Part shown: in pieces, positions 30,378 through 40,964 of the stretch
Layout: each line of letters starts with the position of its first letter
Position numbering within the stretch: position 1 is the stretch's first letter
Origin: an uncultured Gammaproteobacteria bacterium
Lineage (GTDB): Bacteria > Patescibacteriota > Patescibacteriia > Magasanikbacterales > UBA922
NCBI GenBank assembly: GCA_964447765.1
Contig: CAYUTO010000001.1
Span: forward strand, 121,125 to 185,124
Length of the DNA stretch: 64,000 nucleotides
Direction of reading: 5' to 3'
The notes under the pieces: generated by a model
Told to the model about the DNA's origin: nothing
Seen by the model: only the letters and a program-made list of their open reading frames with translations
Database searches by the model: none
Program-made: the position numbers and the translations under genes

Positions 30378-33167
30378 TTAAAAATTATATTTTTTCTTTC
30401 TTTGCTCAAAAGCAGTTTTTCCACCCTCAAGAATATCACAAACATGTTCTTGAATCCCTCTTTGCTCCAAGACATAATCAGAAGATTCATTCAAAAAAGT
30501 ATTTTCCAATGCCCCTTGTGCATATTCAAATTTATAGGTTTTATTCTTTGATTTATCGCCACTTTGATTTGCTACAATAACACATTCAGAATCTGCTCCA
30601 ACGACTAAATTTGGGTTATGAGTTGCAATAATTATTTGCCTATCTTTCTTTTTTGTTTTTATAAATTTTACAAGATCGTTATATATTGAACGATTATCTA
30701 AATCATCTTCTGGTTGGTCGAGTAAAATAGGACATCTGCTATTATCAAGTTCAATCAAAAGTTTGAGTAGGACAAAAGATTTTTTTCCTGGTGACATTTC
30801 CGAAATTTCATCTCCATTTTGTTTGATTATGTAGTCAAAGCTAAACCATAATTGAGTGAGTTTTGTAATAGCCTCCTTCTTAGAATAAGAATTTTTCAAA
30901 TTTATTTTTTCATTCAAAATAGCTTGTAAAATTTTCTTTAGATCAGCTTTAAAATTTGTTGTATTTAAAAACTTATAATCCTGTAAAACAACTTCTTCAA
31001 ATTTACTCAGCTTCCTTTGATCAAAAATATCATTTATACAGTGTTCCTGAAAAGATTTGACCTCAAACAGTATATCTATCCCAAATTCTAAATCTTGATC
31101 ATGCGTAATACTTCTTTGTTTCAATATTTCAGTTTTAGCATTAAAAAAATTATCGAAAAACTTAGAGTGGTTTTCAACAATACTTTTAATTAGATTCTCA
31201 TAAGCAGTTTTTAATGTTTCAAGATTCTTTTCTTGATCAATGATCTGCTTGAGTTTCTTTTCCTCTTCTTCGAGTTTTTTTATTTTCTCATCAAGAGATC
31301 TTGATTTTTGAGCTTTCTCTAAGAGAGGATTAAAGATTTTATGTAATTCTTCTAACGTATTTTCATGATCCGTTTTCTGTTTTTCTATTTTTTTGTTTTC
31401 CATTTCAATTGTTTCATGCCATTTTGCTTCCGCCTCTTCTAATGTTGTATTTAGACTATTTTGAAGATTCTTTTTAATACCAACCTCAAGAGAATCTAAA
31501 TATTCTTGGGTCGAAGAAAAAACACCAAAGTTTTTTTGAGATTTTAGAGCAGTGAGAGAATTTAAATCTTTCCCAACCTTTTCTTGGATTACTTTTAGAT
31601 TGGTAATTTTTTCTAAAGTATCATTATAATCTTTTATTTCATCATCGCTCATCCCTGCTTTTTTCTTGAGTTCCGAAACTTCTTTTTTCAGTTTTTCAAT
31701 TTCAGATTCGATTCCCTTTTTATCTCCAATCTCTTTAATACTTTCACTTTGATTTTTTATATCATTTTCTTTATAAAAAAGGTCTTCGATATTTTGTGTT
31801 ATGGTTTTTTCTACTTCTCTATTTTGATTTTGCAACTGAGTAAAAACATTCTTTACATCCTCCTCTTGTTCTAAGACATTTTTGATAATATCATCAATTG
31901 AAGTTTTCCCTTCTTTTTTATCAACGAGTCTATTAAGATATGATTGTGGAATATAAATAATTTTTTTATTTACCCCTGTATCTTCATCTTTTTTATTTAT
32001 TTGCTCGTCTCTCCAAACAACATGAAAATTTGCAACTTCATTTGGATATGGATCAATATTTACCTCACTAAGTCTTTTTGTTACCTCTTTAGGGTCAATC
32101 GTTTGTGCAATATTTCTTAATAAAATAGACTTTCCTGTAGATTTTCCTCCAATTATCGCTGTTAAATTTTGATTTATAAAAATCTCATTCGGAGTAAATG
32201 AATCATCAACAAATTTTACTATATCAATTGTTTCATACACATTTTTTTCTTCTGGTTTTAATTCTTGTATTTTAACTCTATCCTCTGGTTCACAAACTAT
32301 TTGGGTCAATCCCTCAAATGTTGTATCTGCTTTTATCCATGTAATTTCTGCGTAGTCTCCAATTTGCCCGTCTTTCCTTACTTCTTCAAACGATTTACCT
32401 AACTTATTATCTAATGTCTCAAATGAGTGAGAATCAGAACCAAAAACCACAGGTTTAGGAGCCAAGTTATAATCATTTCTCTTTCCTTCTTTATTAAGAT
32501 AAAAATCTACATTTTTTGAATTGCCAAAAAATACTTTACATTTTTTATCTAATTCTTTAGCATACTCAGATCCTCTCCCGTCATTTGATCCATTTGGTCT
32601 TAAGGAGCCGTATCCATTCGAAACACCAACAATTAAATATTCATTACTAATAAAATCTTTTTTTAATTTATTCTCCAATTCATCAATTTTAATCATTGCT
32701 TTATCGTATCCAATTTCATTCAAATCGGTCTCGATACAATACTTGTTAGTTAAATTTTCATCGTCAGTGGAGATGAGTTCTAATCTTGTAAAAAAATTAT
32801 TGATTTTATCTAAAGTAGACTGTGCATTGGAAAAAATTATATGAAATTGAATATGTTCCTCTTGGCTATTTTTTGATTCTGTTCTAAACTCAATATTTGG
32901 AAAAAAAACTTTTTTTGAATCTGGATACTTCTTTTTAAATTTTTCAACAAAAACAAAAAAATTTTGAATAGAAAAATAATCTGTTATTCCCACAACGGAA
33001 ACGTCAGAATTTTCTATTTTCTCACAAAAAATATCCCAGATATCCTGCTCACCAGTAGCGAGATATTGGTTATTTAATTTTGTTTCAGGTGGGTGGACAT
33101 GTAAATCCCACTTTCTCCATTCTGAGCCTCTTAAATAAGAGGCATTCGTTTTATTTGTTTCAGACAT
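30378..33167 (-). CDS. PHP domain + ABC/SMC-like ATPase (TrlF/Ppl-like), putative anti-phage
   Basis: GSEWRKWDLHVH, GITDY, GSDSH; GGKSTGKS, MSPG, LLDQPEDDLDN, ATHN. Confidence 0.88.
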   Translation of the reverse strand: MSETNKTNASYLRGSEWRKWDLHVHPPETKLNNQYLATGEQDIWDIFCEKIENSDVSVVGITDYFSIQNFFVFVEKFKKKYPDSKKVFFPNIEFRTESKNSQEEHIQFHIIFSNAQSTLDKINNFFTRLELISTDDENLTNKYCIETDLNEIGYDKAMIKIDELENKLKKDFISNEYLIVGVSNGYGSLRPNGSNDGRGSEYAKELDKKCKVFFGNSKNVDFYLNKEGKRNDYNLAPKPVVFGSDSHSFETLDNKLGKSFEEVRKDGQIGDYAEITWIKADTTFEGLTQIVCEPEDRVKIQELKPEEKNVYETIDIVKFVDDSFTPNEIFINQNLTAIIGGKSTGKSILLRNIAQTIDPKEVTKRLSEVNIDPYPNEVANFHVVWRDEQINKKDEDTGVNKKIIYIPQSYLNRLVDKKEGKTSIDDIIKNVLEQEEDVKNVFTQLQNQNREVEKTITQNIEDLFYKENDIKNQSESIKEIGDKKGIESEIEKLKKEVSELKKKAGMSDDEIKDYNDTLEKITNLKVIQEKVGKDLNSLTALKSQKNFGVFSSTQEYLDSLEVGIKKNLQNSLNTTLEEAEAKWHETIEMENKKIEKQKTDHENTLEELHKIFNPLLEKAQKSRSLDEKIKKLEEEEKKLKQIIDQEKNLETLKTAYENLIKSIVENHSKFFDNFFNAKTEILKQRSITHDQDLEFGIDILFEVKSFQEHCINDIFDQRKLSKFEEVVLQDYKFLNTTNFKADLKKILQAILNEKINLKNSYSKKEAITKLTQLWFSFDYIIKQNGDEISEMSPGKKSFVLLKLLIELDNSRCPILLDQPEDDLDNRSIYNDLVKFIKTKKKDRQIIIATHNPNLVVGADSECVIVANQSGDKSKNKTYKFEYAQGALENTFLNESSDYVLEQRGIQEHVCDILEGGKTAFEQRKKKYNF

Positions 33168-33176
33168 AGTATTCTA

Positions 33177-34667
33177 TTAACAAGAGTGCTTTACCAAAAA
33201 CTCCCAAATTCGAACCATCGCCATCGTATCAAGTTTACAATACTCAAGGAGGTCTTCTTTGATGGTTTGTTTTTCTTCTTTCGTAGCCTTGTCTCCAATC
33301 ATGTATTCCCATCGTTCACTGGCTTGATCACCTTTTTGGATATTCAAGCTCTTATACGTCAAATCAGGCACCAATACAGGCAATATTTTTTTGATACTGG
33401 CACTTCCCACGAACTTTGCGTCTACATAGTATTGATTCGAGAATATCTCCATGAGGTCAAAGATATTGTCTACCAAACTCATAAGAAAATCAGCATGTTC
33501 AGGATGAAGCTCTATAAGTTTTTCAATACGTTGTTTCTCGTAATTTTTGTACCACACGATGAGTGTTCCATTCGGGTCGAGATCCTCACGCATTCTGTCG
33601 ACGAGTGCTTTAGTCATATCACGACTAGACTCGGTAATCAAGAACTCTTTATGCTCTGTTGTGCCGTCTTCCTGAACGATATGGAGTGAGTATTGAAACG
33701 GAATCTGTTCGTATGCACCAAACCCATTTGCAAGGGGGATAACGCTCGTATAGCCCTCAAAATCAAAGAATTGGAGGGGGTATTGAAGCCCACCAAGTAA
33801 CTCTCGTATCTTGTCATGGTCTATAGATGTTTTTCCTGTAATGTACGCCTCGTATTGAGCTTTTTTTGCACCTTTCAGGGATTCAGGATTGTCTATGTCT
33901 TCCAAAGCGTAGATACCCCGATCAATCCAATCTTCCAATAATTTTTTGCTTCCACCGATACGGTTTATATCGTGTACAGAATACTCGGGTACTTGTGGGT
34001 TTGAGTGAGCAAAGGTAGTACATTGATTGCTTCGCCCTTGATAGATACAGAGACAGCCCTTTTCTTCGGGCATAGTGAGATACTGCTTCATGTCTTCCAT
34101 TTGTTTTCTCACCTCATCGTCAAGAGTGGTTACTTCTCCTGAAACATCTTCGGTCACAAATAATTCGTAATAATTGATTGCGCCGTTTCGTCTATACTCT
34201 CTATTGAGATGAATAACACCCGTTTTCACAATCTTGATACCACTTTTTTCAATAACAATCTTCTGAAAAGCAAGATCCTTGATATAGTGCATTGGTTCTT
34301 TTCGTTTTATTTCATTCGCCGCCTTTACCTCATAGAGTTCATAGCCACCAAGCTCGTTATTTTTTACCAATACATCGGCTCGGATAAAGAATACATCTTC
34401 TTGAAAGGTGGCCTGAAATAGTATCTGTGTACCAACTTCAATATATTGCTTTGTGTCATTTACGGCGTCCGCACCCTGACTATCTACGAAAACGCCACCG
34501 TTAAATAGGTGACGTGCTTCGGTATCTGCAAGGTTTCCTTCTTCGATAATCTTACGCTCAAATTCCGACAACTCGACACCTTCAAAAAGCTCGGGCTTGT
34601 GTTTTTTTAGCCAAAGATTTTTTCTACAAAAGGTATATTCGAGATAGTCGGTTTTGGTTAAGATCAT
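33177..34667 (-). CDS. DUF2779-type protein (PD-(D/E)xK-like N-terminus, RNase H-like C-terminus)
   Basis: RADVL..YEVK..DLAFQ; FFDFE, QIPFQYSLH, SIKKILP, LLEYCKLDT. Confidence 0.8.
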   Translation of the reverse strand: MILTKTDYLEYTFCRKNLWLKKHKPELFEGVELSEFERKIIEEGNLADTEARHLFNGGVFVDSQGADAVNDTKQYIEVGTQILFQATFQEDVFFIRADVLVKNNELGGYELYEVKAANEIKRKEPMHYIKDLAFQKIVIEKSGIKIVKTGVIHLNREYRRNGAINYYELFVTEDVSGEVTTLDDEVRKQMEDMKQYLTMPEEKGCLCIYQGRSNQCTTFAHSNPQVPEYSVHDINRIGGSKKLLEDWIDRGIYALEDIDNPESLKGAKKAQYEAYITGKTSIDHDKIRELLGGLQYPLQFFDFEGYTSVIPLANGFGAYEQIPFQYSLHIVQEDGTTEHKEFLITESSRDMTKALVDRMREDLDPNGTLIVWYKNYEKQRIEKLIELHPEHADFLMSLVDNIFDLMEIFSNQYYVDAKFVGSASIKKILPVLVPDLTYKSLNIQKGDQASERWEYMIGDKATKEEKQTIKEDLLEYCKLDTMAMVRIWEFLVKHSC

Positions 34668-36979
34668 ACAATAATCAAACTTTGCCAGCCTTTCATTGCG
34701 TTTGTATAAGAGTATTCTTTGTTTGAGTTAATCTTCCAGCCATTTTCATCTTTGACGACAATTCCACCTACAAAGCCCTTCTTATTCTTTAGCCATTCTT
34801 GTAATGCTTCGGCTTTGTATTTTGTGTCATTTGATTCTGCTGTAAAACCAGCTTTGGTATCAACGATCCAAATCTTGTTTTTGGTTTTGATTATCCAGTC
34901 GGGATAAAATAGTTTTTCTTTGTTCTCATCAGGATTGTAGTATGAGATAGAAAAAAATTCACTACCAGAATCTCCATTTTTATACCACCACTCAATAGCA
35001 TTTTCTTTTTCTTCTAAAAATTTGATAAATCCTTTTTCATTATCGACAACTTCTTTGGAAATATAAAATGGTTCCAAAGCGGATTTCTTTACTTTCATCT
35101 CTTCGTAGTTATCTGTAAAGAAGAGAGACGCTCTAGGCACTTCAATAATTTCCGTTCTTTTTGAGCGAACGGATTTTTTGTTTACCTCTTGATCACGAAT
35201 AGGACGATATGAGAATAGTGCTTCGCCGATGATTGGTCTCAAAACACCACTTTCTCTCAACAGATCATTGAGAATAACTTTGTATGCGTGAGTTCGGTCG
35301 TCCCCAAGTATTGGAAGAAGCCACACATTAAGAGCTGTTTTGAGTTTTCCCCATGAACGTTCAGGGGCAAACTTTTTATCTTCATCTGTTTGTTTACTGA
35401 CAATGTTAAAACAAACCAAATTATAGAGTCTTTCAATATCATGTTGAGACATGTCTTGATCGTGACTATCACCCTCGGCGAGCAATTCTTTGGTAAAATT
35501 GTCATAATCATCAATCTCCACACCAACGATAATGCCGTTTGTCACTTGAGGTTTTAGTTCAAGACCTTTTGCGGACAGTTTCTTTTTTGCTTCGCTATCA
35601 TTATCTTTTAAAGAGAATGTCTTGTTTGCTATCTTTTTGAAAGTGGTTTGAAATGAATCACCAAGGTCATTATAGTCTGTACGGCTCATGAAGATGGATT
35701 CAATCTGAATTGGTTCAATACCTTCTTTGCGATAACTACCGTAAATAGCTGGTTTATTTTCTGATTTGTTCTTATCGTATTCACTAATAACCTCGTTTCT
35801 TTTGTAGTTTGTATAGAGATACCCAAGATTCAATTCAGGCTTACCGAAATGAGTGCCGTGAGGCATACGAAGAATACGACCAACCGTTTGAATAGCAAAG
35901 GTAGGATTCTTAATTTCACGGAACATCACAAGCACGCCTGCACGTGGACAATCCCACCCAGTAGCAACAGCTTGCTTGAACAAAAGAAATGAGATAGATG
36001 AATTATTTCTTTCTACATCTTCGAGGTTAATTTTATCTTCCGAAAGCCAAACGGCAATATCATTTTCTGAAACACCTTTTTTCTTGAGATAGTTTATGAC
36101 AATTTCTTGTTTGTTGATATTACTCGTTTCACTCGTTGCCTTGTCATCATTGGGGAGCTGTATCAACACAAGAGGATTTATCTCAATACCAAGTGCCTGA
36201 TAGTATGAGAGTAGTTCTTTTCTTTTTTGATAGGCAAGTTCAAGAAGAATTTCATCTTGATCCATTCCTTTGAATTGCTTTTGATTCAAGTCTTCTTCTG
36301 TTTGAAATATAATTTTTTCTTTAATCAAACCTTCTTTGACCACATCTTCACGTCTGACACGAACAAAACCAGCTATTTTATCTTCGAGATCACTTACCGT
36401 AGGCTCAAATTTAGGAGTAGCAGACGCACGGATAATTATCTTTGGCTTGATAAGACCATCAATAAGTTCTAGGGCTTTTTCCGTATCAGCACCGAGGTGT
36501 TCTTCGTCGATAATAACAACAATTTTTCTATTTTCTTCATGAGTCGATTCTATCATCCCATCAAAAGAAATATCCTGTTCGTTGTCTTTACGAATTTTGA
36601 GCACTTCTTTTGATTGTCCTTTGAGTTTTTCCCAGTTTATAAAAAACACGCTATTACGAGTCATGATTTTACGATTCAAATCATTGATATCCAAAAGCTC
36701 TAACTCCGAAGCACCCCCGTAGTATTGAAAGAGTTTGTTTTTACTTTGTTCAACAAGAGTGGGACCTTTTGACATCCATAAAAAAGCCACATCATTACCT
36801 ATAAAACGAGGGTCGGCAATAATATCTCGCAAAAATTGAGCAAGCATGACAGTTTTCCCTGATCCTGTCGGAGATTTGAATACTAAAGGAAGTTGATTAT
36901 TAGATGATTTCCAAAGGTCAAGAAATTGATCCTTTAGTTTTGCAATAGCAATTTCTTGAAAAGGTTTTAGTGGAAACAT
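34664..36979 (-). CDS. res: Type III restriction enzyme Res subunit (SF2 helicase + endonuclease)
   Basis: SPTGSGKT, IIDEEH, SATP, GWDCPR, QTVGRILR, FYPDW..DTK. Confidence 0.9.
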   Translation of the reverse strand: MFPLKPFQEIAIAKLKDQFLDLWKSSNNQLPLVFKSPTGSGKTVMLAQFLRDIIADPRFIGNDVAFLWMSKGPTLVEQSKNKLFQYYGGASELELLDINDLNRKIMTRNSVFFINWEKLKGQSKEVLKIRKDNEQDISFDGMIESTHEENRKIVVIIDEEHLGADTEKALELIDGLIKPKIIIRASATPKFEPTVSDLEDKIAGFVRVRREDVVKEGLIKEKIIFQTEEDLNQKQFKGMDQDEILLELAYQKRKELLSYYQALGIEINPLVLIQLPNDDKATSETSNINKQEIVINYLKKKGVSENDIAVWLSEDKINLEDVERNNSSISFLLFKQAVATGWDCPRAGVLVMFREIKNPTFAIQTVGRILRMPHGTHFGKPELNLGYLYTNYKRNEVISEYDKNKSENKPAIYGSYRKEGIEPIQIESIFMSRTDYNDLGDSFQTTFKKIANKTFSLKDNDSEAKKKLSAKGLELKPQVTNGIIVGVEIDDYDNFTKELLAEGDSHDQDMSQHDIERLYNLVCFNIVSKQTDEDKKFAPERSWGKLKTALNVWLLPILGDDRTHAYKVILNDLLRESGVLRPIIGEALFSYRPIRDQEVNKKSVRSKRTEIIEVPRASLFFTDNYEEMKVKKSALEPFYISKEVVDNEKGFIKFLEEKENAIEWWYKNGDSGSEFFSISYYNPDENKEKLFYPDWIIKTKNKIWIVDTKAGFTAESNDTKYKAEALQEWLKNKKGFVGGIVVKDENGWKINSNKEYSYTNAMKGWQSLIIV

Positions 36980-36981
36980 AA

Positions 36982-38676
36982 TTATAGACGGTTAATCTCT
37001 TTGTATACCTCAAGAATTGGTTCAGGGATATCTTCGACACGGACATTTGCTGAACTATATTCACTCTTATATTCATTTTTACCCCAGCTAAAAATATAGA
37101 GCACTGCTGGTTGTTTTTTCTTTTCTAACTTTTCTACCAAATCGTGCAATTTCTCTTTGTCTTCTTTAAAGTAGATAGCTGTGGATTTGCCGTGTCCTTC
37201 AAATATCTGCCACCACTCATTTTTTTCTGTCTCATTGAGAGTATTTTCACGTAGACCAATCATTTCTCCTGCTTGATATGTGAGTTTTACCTTTGCTTGG
37301 TCGGGGGTGTGATGAAGTTTTTCAATATCGACAAGATCAGTTTTGTAGTAACGAAGATTACCTCCGAGACCTTCTACTTTTTCTCCTTTTTTACTCTTAT
37401 ATCCTTTGATAACTTTGTTTAATCTGGTAAATGTTATATTTTCGCAAATACCGTTCTCATTATTGGTACAAAGAATAAAGTTACGATTACCGCCATCTAA
37501 ACTATTAAGCTCAAGGACAGAGTGTCCAGTTGTGCCTGATCCAGCAAAAAAATCTAATACCAATATATTTTTATCTTTGTTAGTTATATTCAACAAATGA
37601 CTAACAAGCTCTTTAGGTTTAGAAAAAGAAAAGTCTATGTCCATCTGTATTAAAACTTTTGAACCTAAGGAATTTGGTAAATCAATAAAAGTAAGAGGTT
37701 TGAGTCCTTTTTCTTGTCTTTCGTGAAGATAAATTTTTGTATATACATTCCACTTTGATTGCTTGCCGTTCTCGTCAATAAGCGGTGATGTTTTACTTTG
37801 TATAAAAACAACACGATCATCTTTTAGATTTCTCTCAAAGGTAGATGGAATCCATCTAAACATTTTATCTTTTTCAGGGGTAGTGACTTTTGATCCATCA
37901 GGGCATTCTATAAAATACCTCTGATTTGGTCGGGGATCTAGACTCGGCATGTACAATGAAACGATATTATATTTACCTCTTTTATCTTCGTATTTAAATA
38001 ACTTGAGATAACCATCATCAGTTTGTGCAGCCGCGTCATTAAACTCTCCTAGCTCATCAATATCCTTGGCATAACAAAGAATATAATCTGTCGACGGTGA
38101 AAAATATTTTCCTTTATTACTCGTCTCTTTTGACTTACGAACAATGTTTGCTAAAAAATTTTTTTCACCAAAAACACCATCACATAACAACTTAAGTTGA
38201 GCCATTTCATCATCACCGATACTGACAAAAAATACACCGCTCTTTTTAAGTAAATCTCTAGAAAGAAGCAGTCTTTTTTCAATAAAAGAAGTCCACTTGC
38301 TATGTCGAAAGGCATCATCCTTGTCCACGAATTTATCATTATAAGAAAAATCATTATTACCTGTATTATATGGAGGGTCGATATAGATAACATCAATTTT
38401 CCCTTTATGGGTATAATTCAAAACAGATAAAGCATGATAGTTATCTCCTTCGATCAAAATATTTTCCGTCTTTGTTTCATCAGTAATAACAACAGGTTCT
38501 ACTCCTTTCTGTTTTTCTTTTAAACGTAAAATAGGAACATTGCGTTTACAATCTTCCACAATTTGCTCTGGCTTCTCTTCCCAAACCAAACCATATTTTT
38601 TTTGCTTTTTTATTTTCCTCAATTCCTTTTCAAGATCTTCTATTTTTTTAGAAAGTATTTTTTCATTTGAATTCAT
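36982..38676 (-). CDS. mod: Type III R-M DNA methyltransferase (Mod)
   Basis: IEGDN, IYIDPPYNTG, LDFFAGSGTT; start moved to MNSNEK, which has an AAGGAG SD. Confidence 0.92.
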   Translation of the reverse strand: MNSNEKILSKKIEDLEKELRKIKKQKKYGLVWEEKPEQIVEDCKRNVPILRLKEKQKGVEPVVITDETKTENILIEGDNYHALSVLNYTHKGKIDVIYIDPPYNTGNNDFSYNDKFVDKDDAFRHSKWTSFIEKRLLLSRDLLKKSGVFFVSIGDDEMAQLKLLCDGVFGEKNFLANIVRKSKETSNKGKYFSPSTDYILCYAKDIDELGEFNDAAAQTDDGYLKLFKYEDKRGKYNIVSLYMPSLDPRPNQRYFIECPDGSKVTTPEKDKMFRWIPSTFERNLKDDRVVFIQSKTSPLIDENGKQSKWNVYTKIYLHERQEKGLKPLTFIDLPNSLGSKVLIQMDIDFSFSKPKELVSHLLNITNKDKNILVLDFFAGSGTTGHSVLELNSLDGGNRNFILCTNNENGICENITFTRLNKVIKGYKSKKGEKVEGLGGNLRYYKTDLVDIEKLHHTPDQAKVKLTYQAGEMIGLRENTLNETEKNEWWQIFEGHGKSTAIYFKEDKEKLHDLVEKLEKKKQPAVLYIFSWGKNEYKSEYSSANVRVEDIPEPILEVYKEINRL

Positions 38677-38762
38677 AGCAAACTCCTTAATCCATATAAA
38701 ATATGATTGATTCCATTTTATACTTTTTTCAAGCATTTGTCCACACTTTCAGATATTTGTTC

Positions 38763-38785
38763 TTCGGGTTAAGTTCGGGTATACT
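38763..38785 (+). promoter_or_regulatory. Putative LexA operator (TTCGGGT direct repeat, 11-bp period) abutting a TATACT -10 box
   Basis: TTCGGGT at 38763-69 and 38774-80, immediately upstream of lexA. Confidence 0.6.
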
Positions 38786-38793
38786 GATCATAT

Positions 38794-39393
38794 ATGAACA
38801 GATTGACCAAACGACAAAAGGAAATATTCGACTACATCTGCACATATCTTGAAGAAAACGAGGTTTCCCCCTCGTTAGAGGAAATAAAAGAGAAGTTCGG
38901 TCTTTCCGCCCTCTCTACCGTTCATGAGCATATTACCGAGCTCGTAGACAAAGGGTATTTGCGCCGAGATGAGCGAAAAGAACGAGGGCTGTACTTGCCA
39001 GCAAAACGCCAGCAGTACATAGAAGTACCTCTCCTTGGGACGATTGCTTGCGGTGAACCACTGGAAGCAATTGAAACCCCCGATGAATTTATCAGAGTAG
39101 TCCGAGAAGAACCCTTGCGAGGCACGATATATGCCCTCAAAGCAAAGGGTGATTCAATGATACAAGAAGGTATTTTTGACGGTGATTTTATTATCGTCAA
39201 AAAGCAACAAACAGCAGAAAATGGCGATACCGTTGTCGCAATCATAGACGATAACGAGGCGACGCTTAAAAAATACTATCAAGAAAAGGATAGGATTCGA
39301 TTACAGCCAGCAAATCCGACGTTTAGCCCAACGTATAGACAAGAGGTAGAAATTCGAGGCGTTGTGGTGAAGATTATTCGGAATTTAAAATAA
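38794..39393 (+). CDS. lexA: LexA repressor
   Basis: LTKRQKEI..PSLEEI wHTH; IACG cleavage-site region; GDSM (Ser) and TLKK (Lys). Confidence 0.92.
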   Translation: MNRLTKRQKEIFDYICTYLEENEVSPSLEEIKEKFGLSALSTVHEHITELVDKGYLRRDERKERGLYLPAKRQQYIEVPLLGTIACGEPLEAIETPDEFIRVVREEPLRGTIYALKAKGDSMIQEGIFDGDFIIVKKQQTAENGDTVVAIIDDNEATLKKYYQEKDRIRLQPANPTFSPTYRQEVEIRGVVVKIIRNLK

Positions 39394-39447
39394 ATATGAG
39401 CGATTATCTTTCGTATTCACTATTCGCTATTCAGTTTCTTAACCCAC

Positions 39448-40257
39448 ATGAAACTCTCCGCCGACACCATCAAGAAGCGCATGCTCGAGTTCACGCAACT
39501 CTTCTCGATAGAGCGGAATGTTTTTCAGCGTTTCGTGATTGTATATAAATACATCTACTTCCTCAACACCGACCCAGTAGCAAAAAGCGTTCTCCAAAAG
39601 ATATTCGACGAGACCTCCAAAGTCATGGGCGAACACAGCGAAGACTGCCTCGACGAGGATCAGTTCCTCGACGTCAAAGGACAAGCTATTTTTTCACGCC
39701 AATTTTGGATATATTATAGCAATCTTGAGATTATCTACGGCAAGATGAAAAAGCTCAAGAAGTGTGGCGTTGACGATAAACTCGAGTTTGAGACTCTGTG
39801 TCAGCTGTTCTCAAAGCCCTACTCTCGAGACATGTTGTCCCTTTCGTTCAAGGTAGTGAACAGCGAGATATTCAATCAACTCGATAAAGAATCGTTTTTT
39901 GAAGCGGAGAAAGAAGAAACATGGTTTGATGACAAATTGAGTGTCCTCTACGTACGGAGTAAGAAAGTGCTTATCAATAAGCAAGACAAGATCACGAACG
40001 CTCACAAGCTCCTGCACCATATTTTCATCACCAACAAGAATAATATCGAAGACGAGTTTTTCTACTCGGAAATAGCCGATGATGAGTTTGGGGATATGGA
40101 CTACACCAAAGATCAGGAAGCATGGAAACGCTATCACCGTGCGAGTGAGTATGTGAACGAGAAAATCTGCGAACAGACAGATAATGAAATACGAGATTTC
40201 CTTGTGTATAACACAGGTAAACAAGGTAGAGTGAAAATCAACAAAGCATACCTCTAG
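39448..40257 (+). CDS. Hypothetical protein, possible C-terminal winged helix
   Basis: 269 aa ORF co-oriented with lexA, followed by a hairpin-T run at about 40277-40303. Confidence 0.7.
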   Translation: MKLSADTIKKRMLEFTQLFSIERNVFQRFVIVYKYIYFLNTDPVAKSVLQKIFDETSKVMGEHSEDCLDEDQFLDVKGQAIFSRQFWIYYSNLEIIYGKMKKLKKCGVDDKLEFETLCQLFSKPYSRDMLSLSFKVVNSEIFNQLDKESFFEAEKEETWFDDKLSVLYVRSKKVLINKQDKITNAHKLLHHIFITNKNNIEDEFFYSEIADDEFGDMDYTKDQEAWKRYHRASEYVNEKICEQTDNEIRDFLVYNTGKQGRVKINKAYL

Positions 40258-40430
40258 TTCCGCAAAATTCTATACAAAACAGCTCTCAACCGAGGGCTTT
40301 TTTGTTATTCCCGTAAATCTTCTCCAAAACTTTTGGGAACAGTGAAATTCTATTATGCCTACATCGCAAAAACAAAGGTCGATTGCGAACACATGTAACT
40401 CATATTTTATGAAAGAAACAATACAAGTCT

Positions 40431-40694
40431 ATGTTCAAATTAACAGGAGTTCTCAAAAAAGAAGAAGTTCGGGAGTTCACACGCAAGGACGGGAGTCAGG
40501 GACAAAGCCGAACACTCTTCATCGAACCAGAAGGAAGCGTGTACCCAGTAAAAGTAAATGTGTCCGACATGGATCTCAAAGTCGGCAAACAGGGAGAAAA
40601 AGTAACAGTCGACGTGGCAATATTTCCGTACTTTATCGAGGGCGGTAAACGCAAACGAGCGTTCACGGATTACTACATCCCTAACAAGAAATAA
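40431..40694 (+). CDS. Putative ssDNA-binding protein (pV-like, OB-fold-like)
   Basis: 87 aa beta-rich, REFTRKDGS motif; first gene of phage structural block. Confidence 0.6.
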   Translation: MFKLTGVLKKEEVREFTRKDGSQGQSRTLFIEPEGSVYPVKVNVSDMDLKVGKQGEKVTVDVAIFPYFIEGGKRKRAFTDYYIPNKK

Positions 40695-40696
40695 GT

Positions 40697-40849
40697 ATGG
40701 ATTTCTTTACCGTAACAACCACCACCATGAGCTTGACCGACGGCGCATTGGATCTGATTAACTTTTTCAGCCAACTCTTTACCGTGTCGTTCGCGCTGGT
40801 ATTTGGTCTGCTTGCGGTGATCATCCTTTTACTCATCTTTAAAACATAG
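40697..40849 (+). CDS. Micro-ORF, single TM, minor-coat-like (50 aa, not in ORF track)
   Basis: MDFFTVTTTTMSLTDGALDLINFFSQLFTVSFALVFGLLAVIILLLIFKT. Confidence 0.7.
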   Translation: MDFFTVTTTTMSLTDGALDLINFFSQLFTVSFALVFGLLAVIILLLIFKT

Positions 40850-40852
40850 GCT

Positions 40853-40963
40853 ATGGCTGGTCTCATAAACAATCTATTCGAGGGATTCGGCCTAAGCCTT
40901 ATGTTTCCTCTCGTTCTATTCATAGTCGTCAGTGTCTTCTTGGCGATAACTTCGGGCAAATAG
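40853..40963 (+). CDS. Micro-ORF, single TM, pVII/pIX-like (36 aa, not in ORF track)
   Basis: MAGLINNLFEGFGLSLMFPLVLFIVVSVFLAITSGK. Confidence 0.7.
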   Translation: MAGLINNLFEGFGLSLMFPLVLFIVVSVFLAITSGK

Positions 40964-40964
40964 T

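Noticed and set aside
39418-39437. Three 7-bp TATTC(A/G)C tandem units before the 39448 ORF
   Set aside because: Too short to distinguish from chance or assign as an operator.
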